NCBI GenBank assembly: GCA_030141605.1
Contig: JAQGDQ010002396.1
Location: 1-64,000, forward strand
Source of the DNA: Tubiluchus corallicola
Taxonomy: Eukaryota; Animalia; Priapulida
DNA length: 64,000 nt
Direction of reading: 5' to 3'
The position numbers were made by a program, and so were the translations under genes. The notes beneath the pieces were generated by a model. The model worked only from the letters and a program-made list of their open reading frames with translations. It made no database searches and was not told where the DNA came from. Shown here in pieces: positions 42,192-51,241 of this stretch. Each line of letters opens with the position of its first letter. Position 1 is the stretch's first letter.

Positions 42192-43373
42192 CTAGCTGGC
42201 AATCGAATAGGCAAAACGCTGTTTGTAGACAAGAAAAATAACAAATACCAATAGGATAAGGCCGACTATAAAATATCCTCCTGATAATCCATAAAAGGCT
42301 GATCCTAAGCCGAATACCAATTGCATGGCAATACCGCCCGCCTCATGGACAAAAGAAGAAAAAGAAAGAACGGTCGCGCGGCTTTCTCCTGAAAGAGAAT
42401 GTTGTAATTTTGTCTCATACACAATGTAAGCCAAATTAAAAACAAAATAAAATAAAAATAAGAAGATAATTCCGTATACATTGGAAAAGTATACCAGCAG
42501 CAGCAGCAGCAGGCCGCCCAGCAGCGGAACACCGATAGTAATATATGATTTATGTGTAAATTTCTCCGCGATAAAGCTACTATAGGATAAAAGAAGGCTA
42601 TTGATAAAGCTTAAAATCCCAAACATCCAGAATGATAGGCCTATTTCCCTGAAAAAAACGCTATCATATTCATCGATTGTTCCCCATATACTAAAGCAAA
42701 CAAAAAGATAAAGAAGAAGAAAACAAAATAAATCATTTGATTTTATCTCTTTGATAATATTTTCAAAATGTGAAAAATAATGTTCTTTTTTTAAAGGGGC
42801 GAGAGGTTTATGATCCTGGAAAAAAATGGCGACAACAGAGCATATTAAAACCGGAAAAGCAGAAAGTAAAATAGCGAGCTCAGAATTAAGTTCCGCCAAC
42901 AATCCTCCTGCTACCACCGCAAGAGAAATTGAGATATAATAAAAGCTATACGCTCGACTGATAATATTCTTATAGTCCTTCTCCCGCTTGAAGTGGAGAA
43001 GGTTATCATATAAAAGCGCTTGTTTTGTCCCCGAGACAAACGAGGCGCTAGTCGCCCAAAAGGCAAATCCTAAAAGATAAATATAAAAATTACCATCGGC
43101 AAAATACCAGGCAATAAAACAAAGGGATTTGATAAAAGGCGCGATAATCAAGAGACCTTTACGGCTCCAGTAATCGGCCAAGGCTCCTGAGGGAATTTCC
43201 GCGATTAATGTAAAGATGCCCCAGAAGGCTAATAAAATAGAGACTTGGTATAGCGGCAAGCCTTTCATGATAAAAAAGGCGTTGTAGATCACGTAAGCGA
43301 AGGCAAAATCGTAAAAAAACTCATAGAGATAATAAAGCCACTTAAGTGTTTTAATTTTATCGTTGCTTTTCAT
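42192..43373 (-). CDS. MFS transporter
   Basis: About 12 TM helices; EIPSGALADYWSRK motif A, SGT..ALLYD. Start placed at ATG 43373 (track: 43433). Confidence 0.9.
   Translation of the reverse strand: MKSNDKIKTLKWLYYLYEFFYDFAFAYVIYNAFFIMKGLPLYQVSILLAFWGIFTLIAEIPSGALADYWSRKGLLIIAPFIKSLCFIAWYFADGNFYIYLLGFAFWATSASFVSGTKQALLYDNLLHFKREKDYKNIISRAYSFYYISISLAVVAGGLLAELNSELAILLSAFPVLICSVVAIFFQDHKPLAPLKKEHYFSHFENIIKEIKSNDLFCFLLLYLFVCFSIWGTIDEYDSVFFREIGLSFWMFGILSFINSLLLSYSSFIAEKFTHKSYITIGVPLLGGLLLLLLVYFSNVYGIIFLFLFYFVFNLAYIVYETKLQHSLSGESRATVLSFSSFVHEAGGIAMQLVFGLGSAFYGLSGGYFIVGLILLVFVIFLVYKQRFAYSIAS
42495..42512 (-). repeat. (CTG)6 trinucleotide repeat encoding Leu6 within the MFS gene
   Basis: (CAG)6 on the plus strand. 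Confidence 0.85.
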
Positions 43374-43449
43374 AGGCCTTGCCACAAGATAATAAATTGT
43401 TTTTATAAAAATAAAGAAAAAAGAAGCGACCAAAAAACATCTTTGGCAA

Positions 43450-43525
43450 TGGCGTCCCCAGCGGGATTTGAACCCGCGTTGCCGGCGTGAGAGGCCGGTG
43501 TCCTAGGCCACTAGACGATGGGGAC
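43450..43525 (-). tRNA. tRNA-Glu (anticodon CTC)
   Basis: 76 nt, GTCCCCATCGTCTAGTGGCCTAGGACACCGGCCTCTCACGCCGGCAACGCGGGTTCAAATCCCGCTGGGGACGCCA; anticodon stem CCGGC/GCCGG, TTC T-loop, encoded CCA. Confidence 0.97.
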
Positions 43526-43579
43526 ATAAAAACCCAATATAGAAAAAAGCCTGTCTATGGTCAAGATATTTATAGATAA

Positions 43580-46555
43580 TCACGTTTTCTTTTCAAGAAT
43601 TTCCTGAAATATCTCATAAGAAAGAAGGGCTGTCTCTGTTATCTTTTTTTCAAGCTCATCTGTTCTTTTAATATTCATTTTTTGAAAAATCAAACTTGGA
43701 AGGCGACTGTTTATCGCTAGTTTCTCTCCTTTTTCAACCGTATAATCAGAAATAATAATCGATAATAAATTATGAAGATCATGCCAGAGGCATAACGCTT
43801 TTTGTAAATGTTCCTTGTGAAACGTTTGAAGATAATTATTGCCGCAAAGCGCTTCCAAGGCGTCAAGCGTATTTTGACGAAGAATTTTATTATTCTCATG
43901 CGCGTATAAAAGCTGAAGATATTGTGTTACAAACTCAATATCAACCAGCCCTCCGCGCATATATTTAAAATCCCATACACTCTTTGCCTTATGTTGCTTG
44001 CGGATTTTTTCTCGCATTTCAAGAATATCTGTTTTTAATTTCTGCTGATCTCTTTTTTGCGTCAATGATTCATTAATTACTTCCTGTAAGCGTTTTCTTA
44101 TCTTAAACGAGCCATGAATGACACGAGCGCGACATAGTGCCATATGCTCCCATGTCCAGGCTGATTCTTTCTGGTAGCGAACAAATGAAGAAAGGCTGCA
44201 GGCTACAGGTCCTGAATGCCCCGATGGCCGCAGCCTCATGTCCACATCATACAGTGACCCTTCCGACGTCGTTGTTGTTAAGGCGCTTACAAAACGTTGA
44301 ATAAGGCGTGAAAAATAAACAGGGGTTGATAAAGGTTTTTTCCCATCCGACACACGTCCTTTTTCATTATCGATATCATAAACAAATATAAAATCAAGAT
44401 CGGAAAGCGGGGACATTTCCCGCCCTCCTAATTTCCCCAGAGCGATAACGGAGAGATCGCTTCCCGCGATATTTCCGTGTCTGGAAACAAAATTTCTCTT
44501 AATAACAGAAAATAGTTTTCCGGTAGAAACTTCCGCTATATTGGATAAATTCATAGAAAAATCCCTAGTCGACAACGAGCTATAAAGCCGTTGAAACGAC
44601 GCGCAAAAATATTTCATATGCACCCAGCGACGAGTTGCGTCTAAACTATCCTCCAAATTGGCGGGTATAGATTTATGCGCATGAGAAAGAGCTGATAAAT
44701 AAGTTTCAAGATTATTATATAAATCGTCAATATCAGAAAGAGGCGCGAAGAAATTCCCATCAAGAAACGATTCAAAAATCTCTGGATGAGACGCCATTCT
44801 TAAAGCAAGGTTTGGCGCTGTTCCCATAATTTTGATTAAAAGCTGCATAATTTTAGGATGAGTGTGTAACGTTGAAAACAGCTGTACACCTCGTGGTAAA
44901 TTCTGAAGAAACAAGTCCCAGTAATAAAATGTTCTCTGAGGATTATCCGTAGAGGAGATCGTATAAAATAAAGAATTCTGAAGCTCTAAAAGAAGATTGC
45001 GGGATCGTACATTTCGTGTTGAGCGATAACGTCCATAAAACCATACCTGAACCGTATCATAAACAAATTCCGGATCACTAAACCCCATTTCCTTGAGAGT
45101 TTTTAATGTTTCCTGATCTTGATTTTCCGCTGAAAAACTAAGAATACCAGGTAAATCAACATTTAAACTATCTTCCGGAGTGACTTCAAAAAAATCCATG
45201 AAAAACGCTTCGACATGGCCTAAAAAATACAAAAGATCTTTTTCAAAATCTTCTTTTTTCTTATATCCCATAAAATAAGAAAACCGTTCAAAATCATTCT
45301 TTGTAGAGGGAAGTTTTTGAGTTTGTTCATCATTCACCATCTGCAAGCGATGTTCGACATTCCTCAAAAATATATACGCCTGTGTTAATTTTTCATATGC
45401 TGCCGTAGATATAAGATTAAAGCTACATAATTTCTCAAGTGTTTCACATGTTTTTCGAATCCGGATCTCTTGTTTCTGTCCGCCCCATATTAATTGTTGC
45501 GCCTGAGCGATCAATTCTATTTCTCTAATGCCTCCTCGGCCATTTTTAATGTCGTGATCCAGTATTTTTATGCTTTCCCCTCCTTTATAAGTATAGACAC
45601 GTTTCTTCATCTCATAAATATCTTTTACCGAAGAGAAATCAAGATATCGGCGCCATATCCATGGTGATAAAAGCTGAAGAAACCGCTCGCCTGAATGGAT
45701 ATCCCCCGCAACAGGACGCGCTTTAACCATCGCGGCGCGTTCCCAATTTTGTCCCTGCATAGCGTAATAAACCTCGGCGGCGTTTGTTGATAAGGCCAAA
45801 GGCATACAAGACGGATCCGGACGTAAGCGAAAATCTGTTCGAAATACATAACCATCCGCTGTTCTTTCTTCCAAAAGTCGGATCAAAAGGCGGACCAGGC
45901 GAACAAAATAGCGTGTTATATCCCCTTCTTTTCCTATCTTGGCTTTTTCAGGATCAAAAAAAGCAATAAGATCAATATCACTGGAGTAATTCAGCTCACG
46001 ACTGCCAAGTTTTCCTACCGCTAAAATAAAAAACCCACTTTCCCGACAAGGTGAGTTTTTGTCAAATAGCGAAATAACTCCTTTTTTATGAAAATCTCTC
46101 AAGAGAAAATTAACACTGATATTTAAGCAGCAATCCGCGAAATAAGACAGTGACTCCATCACACGATCAACAGACCAAAAGCTACATAAATCAGCGAATG
46201 CGATAATAAGGGAAGCTCTTTGTTTAAAAATGCGCAAACTTTTCATTAAATTTGTAAAATCGATGTCTTTATTGCTACTTTCAAAAGCATTAACCTCATC
46301 ACAAAAAAGAGAAAAACAACGATCAAAACCAATTTCATGACAATCCATGAGTAAAGAAGGATGCTTTAAGGCCTGGGATAATAAAAAGGGGCTAAAGGTA
46401 AAAATACGGCCGATATTATTTTCAAAATCCTCTTTGCCCAAAAGAGACTCATAGCGTGTCATCATATCAGGATCACGCAAAAGATAATCGCACCATTGCT
46501 TTACATACTGTTGCGCCTCTGAAGGATCGATAGAAACAGGAATATAATTACCCAT
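43580..46555 (-). CDS. glnE: Bifunctional glutamine synthetase adenylyltransferase / deadenylase
   Basis: Two nucleotidyltransferase domains: GKLGSRELNYSSDID and GKLGGREMSPLSDLD; RLRP and WE motifs in each. Confidence 0.97.
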   Translation of the reverse strand: MGNYIPVSIDPSEAQQYVKQWCDYLLRDPDMMTRYESLLGKEDFENNIGRIFTFSPFLLSQALKHPSLLMDCHEIGFDRCFSLFCDEVNAFESSNKDIDFTNLMKSLRIFKQRASLIIAFADLCSFWSVDRVMESLSYFADCCLNISVNFLLRDFHKKGVISLFDKNSPCRESGFFILAVGKLGSRELNYSSDIDLIAFFDPEKAKIGKEGDITRYFVRLVRLLIRLLEERTADGYVFRTDFRLRPDPSCMPLALSTNAAEVYYAMQGQNWERAAMVKARPVAGDIHSGERFLQLLSPWIWRRYLDFSSVKDIYEMKKRVYTYKGGESIKILDHDIKNGRGGIREIELIAQAQQLIWGGQKQEIRIRKTCETLEKLCSFNLISTAAYEKLTQAYIFLRNVEHRLQMVNDEQTQKLPSTKNDFERFSYFMGYKKKEDFEKDLLYFLGHVEAFFMDFFEVTPEDSLNVDLPGILSFSAENQDQETLKTLKEMGFSDPEFVYDTVQVWFYGRYRSTRNVRSRNLLLELQNSLFYTISSTDNPQRTFYYWDLFLQNLPRGVQLFSTLHTHPKIMQLLIKIMGTAPNLALRMASHPEIFESFLDGNFFAPLSDIDDLYNNLETYLSALSHAHKSIPANLEDSLDATRRWVHMKYFCASFQRLYSSLSTRDFSMNLSNIAEVSTGKLFSVIKRNFVSRHGNIAGSDLSVIALGKLGGREMSPLSDLDFIFVYDIDNEKGRVSDGKKPLSTPVYFSRLIQRFVSALTTTTSEGSLYDVDMRLRPSGHSGPVACSLSSFVRYQKESAWTWEHMALCRARVIHGSFKIRKRLQEVINESLTQKRDQQKLKTDILEMREKIRKQHKAKSVWDFKYMRGGLVDIEFVTQYLQLLYAHENNKILRQNTLDALEALCGNNYLQTFHKEHLQKALCLWHDLHNLLSIIISDYTVEKGEKLAINSRLPSLIFQKMNIKRTDELEKKITETALLSYEIFQEILEKKT

Positions 46556-46665
46556 TGAAACAATACCTTTAAAAATTATTTTTAAATTAATATATTATAT
46601 ATTTATATCCTTTAAAATACTAACGATACTCTTAATATATTCTCAATCTATGGAGCGATTTTATA

Positions 46666-47310
46666 ATGAAAGGACATATTTTTTCAAAAAAACATAAACA
46701 GCGTTTTCAAACATCCTCTTTTTTTATTATCCTCTTGTTTCTATTGACAGGATGCGCAGAACTCTTTGTTTTAAGCCCTCTCGCGGCCCCTGTTGCAACT
46801 TTTGCCGGCTCAGTAAATACAAGTGAGCGCAGTGCAGAAGAGGCCATTCGAGATACAAAAATAAAAATGGCCGTTCAGGAAAAATGGCTCCAAACCGAAT
46901 ATGAATTCCTTATTGATTTAACCGCAACTGTTTGGGAAGGAAGAGTTTTACTCACAGGAAGCACAGAGACAGAGGCAGAAAGACAAATTATCGAGCAGCT
47001 GACACGAGATGTCTATGGCGTTACAGAAGTTTATAATGAAATTATCTTAAATAAAGATATCACTCAAAGCAGTTCAACCAGTGATTTTTGGATTGATACA
47101 CAGGCCTCTTACAAAGCTATTATTGATAAAGAAACAGAATCGAAGAACATTCTCATAACAGTATTTAACAGCAATTTATATATGATTGGCGCTGCGGAAA
47201 CATATGAAAAAGCGACACATGCCATTGAGACGGTTTCAAAAATCGACACCATTCAAAATGTTATTGCCTATATGAGAATTAATGGAGAATGGTTTAAATT
47301 TTATACTTAG
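46666..47310 (+). CDS. BON-domain lipoprotein (DolP/YraP-like)
   Basis: LLTGC lipobox, GRVLLTG and GVTEVYNEI, second degenerate BON domain. Confidence 0.88.
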   Translation: MKGHIFSKKHKQRFQTSSFFIILLFLLTGCAELFVLSPLAAPVATFAGSVNTSERSAEEAIRDTKIKMAVQEKWLQTEYEFLIDLTATVWEGRVLLTGSTETEAERQIIEQLTRDVYGVTEVYNEIILNKDITQSSSTSDFWIDTQASYKAIIDKETESKNILITVFNSNLYMIGAAETYEKATHAIETVSKIDTIQNVIAYMRINGEWFKFYT

Positions 47311-47765
47311 TAGCCGGATCCTGGCTTTAAAACACCAAAAATAACAATAATAAACATTAAAATTGTCGGCAATTCGTTGATAACGCGATAATATTCTTCC
47401 GGATGAGTATTTTTATCCTGCGAAAATATCTCTAAATGGTGGCCAAGATAAAAATGGAATATCACCAGAATAAGAGCGGCCCCAAGTTTAAAAAGTAGCC
47501 AAAACTCGTTCCATAATGTTTCCCAATATGTCAGCACAAGCAAATAGCCTGAAATAATACTTAAAAGCATAGCGGGCATCATAATAATCTTGTATAGCTT
47601 ACGTTCCATGACTTTAAACGTTTCCGACATTTCAGAGCCAACGCCTGCTTTACAATGATAAACAAACAAACGCGGAAGATAAAAAAGGCCCGCCATCCAC
47701 GAAATAACAGAAATAATATGGAACGCTTTTATTTCAAGAAAATAAAGAAAAACAAAATTACTCAT
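47307..47765 (-). CDS. hemJ: Protoporphyrinogen IX oxidase HemJ
   Basis: KAFHIISVISWMAGLFYLPRLFVYH, MERKL, INELPT; ATG 47765 overlaps the hemH stop. Confidence 0.96.
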   Translation of the reverse strand: MSNFVFLYFLEIKAFHIISVISWMAGLFYLPRLFVYHCKAGVGSEMSETFKVMERKLYKIIMMPAMLLSIISGYLLVLTYWETLWNEFWLLFKLGAALILVIFHFYLGHHLEIFSQDKNTHPEEYYRVINELPTILMFIIVIFGVLKPGSGY

Positions 47766-48816
47766 AACAAAAATACTCTTTTTTAAAAAACTCATTTCCT
47801 TTTAAAGGGCAGCTACTCTCGCCAGGAAAACAACAATGGCCGTGATTATTCAAAAGATCAGTAATCATAGTTGATAAACAAGAAATAAAATCAATATGGC
47901 ATCCGACAGTTGGAATCCTTATATAGGATTCTTCATCGAACAAGTAGCGATATTCCTGATCAAGATCAAAAAGTGTTTCAAGATTTTCAGAAACAAAGCT
48001 TACAGGAACAATGCAAACCGATTTTTTCTCCTTCTTAGCTTCCATAAGCTCATCTTTTAAAAAAGGGGTTGTCCATTTTCCACGTTTTACATGGCTTTGG
48101 TAACAAATCCTATAGTCGTAAGAGGGTAAAATATCAGTATTTTGTAATTTTTTCAAAATTTCCTGAACGGAAAGATGAACATGGAGCTTGTAAGGATCTC
48201 CTTTATCAATTAAAGACTGTGGTAAAGCGTGAGCTGAAAATAATATTCTGATTTTTTCTTTTTTAGGAATCGTTTTTAAAGAGTCGATGATTAGATCACA
48301 GACAGCAGATGAAAATCCTTCCATTTGCGGCCATGAACAGAGAAATTTAAAATCTCCCTTCCATGTGGATTTTTGTAAACGGGAGGCAATATCAGAAAGG
48401 GCGCTTCCGGAGGTCACGGAAGAAAACTGAGGATATAAAGGGAGAACAACCACTGTATCCGCGTTATATTTTTCTATTTTCAAAGCCGTTTCCTTACTGT
48501 CGGGATATGAATAGCGCATACAAACAAAGATTTTAAAATCATAATCGACAGACTGTTTCAACAACGAGTCGTAAAGAGCGCGCGACTGATAGTTTGTATT
48601 TTTTAAAAGGGGAGATTTTCCACCTATTAAACGGTATTTTTTCTGAGCGTAAGGCGTTCTTTTTTTAGAAATTCTCTTAGCGAGGCACCAACGTAAAGGG
48701 TAAGGGTAAGGAAGAATAGACTTATCTAAGAAAAAATTGAGTAAAAAAGGCTCAACAGAATCAAGATTTTCAGGCCCTCCTATATTGCATAAAACAATAG
48801 CAACTTTCTGTCGCAT
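47758..48816 (-). CDS. hemH: Ferrochelatase
   Basis: NIGGP, GGKSPL, MRY, LPLYPQFS, FSAH, GDPY, FVSE.LETL. Confidence 0.96.
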   Translation of the reverse strand: MRQKVAIVLCNIGGPENLDSVEPFLLNFFLDKSILPYPYPLRWCLAKRISKKRTPYAQKKYRLIGGKSPLLKNTNYQSRALYDSLLKQSVDYDFKIFVCMRYSYPDSKETALKIEKYNADTVVVLPLYPQFSSVTSGSALSDIASRLQKSTWKGDFKFLCSWPQMEGFSSAVCDLIIDSLKTIPKKEKIRILFSAHALPQSLIDKGDPYKLHVHLSVQEILKKLQNTDILPSYDYRICYQSHVKRGKWTTPFLKDELMEAKKEKKSVCIVPVSFVSENLETLFDLDQEYRYLFDEESYIRIPTVGCHIDFISCLSTMITDLLNNHGHCCFPGESSCPLKGNEFFKKEYFCYE

Positions 48817-48818
48817 TT

Positions 48819-49862
48819 TTATCCTTGATAATTTTGAACGATATGAACAACTCGATAAATATTCTCGACAGGCGTTTCTGGTAATACACCATGGTTAAGA
48901 TTGAAAATAAATGGCGTAGCGGAGAAAGTTTCCAGAATCTTTAAAACTTCCTGCTCCATTTTTTGCCCTCCGCACAAAAGCGCGATATTATTTAAATTTC
49001 CCTGGATGGTCGCCAAGGGTTGTAAAATTCTCTCCGCGTAAGATAAAGAGACTGTCTGATCAATTCCAATAGCATCAACGGATGTTTCAAGAATATAGTC
49101 TTTGTACAATGTTCCTATTCCTTTCGGGAAACCAATTACAGGAACCTTGGAAAAGCGATATTTTATGGCGGCGACAATTTTTGCCGTCGGTTGAAAAACA
49201 AATTTATGCAACGATTCTTCGTCAAGAAGTCCTGCCCAGCTATCGAAAAGCTGAACTGCATCCGCGCCATGTTCAATTTGTTGTACAAGGTGATTAATTA
49301 CGCATTCTGTCAAAAGATCAATAAGTTTTTGAAAAAATATAGGTGATTTCATGGAAATATAACGCGCTTTTTCAAAATTTGTCTTTCCATGACCCTCTAT
49401 CATATAAGCTGCAAGTGTCCAAGGAGAGCCTGAAAAACCTATCAATGCCTTATCAGCGTCTAATTTTTGCCTAACAGTTTTTACCGTTTTGTAAACGGGA
49501 GAAAGATGATTTTTAAATCCTTTCAAAGACAGTTTCTCAAGGTCACTTTCTTGTTGAACGGGTGTTAAAACGGGGCCTATTTTCTCTTGAAAAGAAACGG
49601 ATTGTCCTAAGGCGTCTGGTATCGTTAAGATATCACTGAATAAAATAGCGGCATCCATATCATACCGTTCTACAGGTTGCAGTGTCGCTTCAGTCGCGTA
49701 GTTAGAATTATAGCAAAAAGATAAAAAATCGGGGCTTTTTCGTCGTAACTCTTTATATTCGGGAAGATGCCTTCCTGCTTGCCTCATAAACCATATAGGG
49801 GGTGTGACAAACGGAGAAGAAGAAAAACTTCTTAAAAAGGACGATCTAGGGAGATAGTGCAT
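48819..49862 (-). CDS. hemE: Uroporphyrinogen decarboxylase
   Basis: PIWFMRQAGRHLPEY, AAILFSDIL, LIGFSGSPWT, QLFDSW, FNLNHG. Confidence 0.98.
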   Translation of the reverse strand: MHYLPRSSFLRSFSSSPFVTPPIWFMRQAGRHLPEYKELRRKSPDFLSFCYNSNYATEATLQPVERYDMDAAILFSDILTIPDALGQSVSFQEKIGPVLTPVQQESDLEKLSLKGFKNHLSPVYKTVKTVRQKLDADKALIGFSGSPWTLAAYMIEGHGKTNFEKARYISMKSPIFFQKLIDLLTECVINHLVQQIEHGADAVQLFDSWAGLLDEESLHKFVFQPTAKIVAAIKYRFSKVPVIGFPKGIGTLYKDYILETSVDAIGIDQTVSLSYAERILQPLATIQGNLNNIALLCGGQKMEQEVLKILETFSATPFIFNLNHGVLPETPVENIYRVVHIVQNYQG

Positions 49863-50250
49863 AAGATTGCCTTCCTATTAAAACAGTATAATATATAAAG
49901 TATTATTTTATAGAAATATTAATGGAACTCTATTAAAAAATAAAGATAAAAATAAGATAGAAGTAGTAGTAAGTATGGTGGATAACAGGGATGAAAAATT
50001 ATCCCCATTTTTTTCACATCTTTTACAGTATTTGTTCACTCTTTTGAAAATGAGGAAAGTTAAAGAAAAAAATCGTTTTAGCGAAAAATTATTTTAAAAT
50101 CTTGATAAGTTTTATTCAGAGGATAAATATTGGAATAATAATCGAGTTATTCAGAATAAAATGGAAAGAGAGAATTTGTTTTGTTTTTTCCCTATTTTTT
50201 ACACTGTTTATAAACATGTTTTTCCCAAGGAGTTTAAAGAAGGAGCTTAA
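49863..50250. other. oriC: Probable chromosomal replication origin (oriC)
   Basis: Non-coding region upstream of hemE. DnaA-box-like 9-mers at 49977-49985 (minus strand TTATCCACC), 49999-50007 (TTATCCCCA) and 50010-50018 (TTTTTCACA), plus weaker ones. TAG/AAG trios at 49958-49972 and an AT-rich tract at 49880-49957. Gene orientation flips here. Confidence 0.8.
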
Positions 50251-51234
50251 ATGTTAAAAATTGGCATTACAATGGGAGATCCCGCTGGTATTGGCCCTGA
50301 GATTATTATGAAAGCTGCTGAAAATGAGGATATTTATAAATACGCTATTCTTATTGTTTATGGCAATCAACCTCTTTTGGAAATGGTAAAGGAGTCTATG
50401 GATCTTAAAGCACCTCTTTGTCGTATAGGAAATATTTGTGAAGCGAGAGAAGGTATTTTAAATCTTATTCATTTTAATAATGTTGATAGAAGGGTTTTCT
50501 CTTATGGAAAAGTCAGTTCAATGGGAGGGCAGGCCTCTTTTGATTATATAAAAGGATCAACGGAGGATGCTTTGTCTGGTTTTCTGGATGCTATTGTAAC
50601 AGGGCCTATTAATAAAGAATCTTTAAGGGCCGCCGCTATTCCCTATATTGGCTATACAGAGATTTTAGAAGCGTTAACGCAAGTTGAGAATCCTTTAACG
50701 ATGTTTCAGGTTAATAATTTACGTGTTTTTTTTCTATCGCGCCATTTATCTCTTTCCGAAGCGTGTCGAAAGATTACAAAAGAGAGTATTTTTCATTGTA
50801 TTACTCGTTGTGATGGTGCTTTAAAAAGGATTGGGTTTGAACATCCGCGTCTTGCTATTGCTGCTCTTAATCCTCATGGAGGGGAAAATGGTCTTTTTGG
50901 AAAAGAGGAAATAGAGGAGATTTATCCTGCTATTCAAAAAGCAAAGCAGGAAAATTACTCTGTGGATGGACCTTTTCCTGCGGATTCTGTTTTTTATTTC
51001 GCTCTAAAGGGCCGTTGGGATGCTGTGATTTCTCTTTATCATGATCAAGGGCATATTGCGACTAAGATGGTTGATTTTGAAAAAACCGTCTCTGTTACAA
51101 ATAACCTTCCTTTTTTAAGAATGTCTGTTGATCATGGAACTGCTTTTGATATCGCTGGAAAAGGAAAAGCAAGTGCGGTTAGTATGGAAGAGGCTATTAA
51201 ATTAGCGGCGTTTTATACACCACTTAAAAAATAA
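50251..51234 (+). CDS. pdxA: PdxA-family 4-phospho-hydroxyacid dehydrogenase (PdxA/PdxA2-like)
   Basis: ITMGDPAGIGPE, TGPINKE, LNPHGGE, YHDQGH, SVDHGTAFDIAG. Confidence 0.92.
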   Translation: MLKIGITMGDPAGIGPEIIMKAAENEDIYKYAILIVYGNQPLLEMVKESMDLKAPLCRIGNICEAREGILNLIHFNNVDRRVFSYGKVSSMGGQASFDYIKGSTEDALSGFLDAIVTGPINKESLRAAAIPYIGYTEILEALTQVENPLTMFQVNNLRVFFLSRHLSLSEACRKITKESIFHCITRCDGALKRIGFEHPRLAIAALNPHGGENGLFGKEEIEEIYPAIQKAKQENYSVDGPFPADSVFYFALKGRWDAVISLYHDQGHIATKMVDFEKTVSVTNNLPFLRMSVDHGTAFDIAGKGKASAVSMEEAIKLAAFYTPLKK

Positions 51235-51241
51235 AAGAGAA

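Noticed and set aside
43374-43580. Prophage or integrative element at tRNA-Glu
   Set aside because: No integrase and no duplicated tRNA 3' end found by eye.
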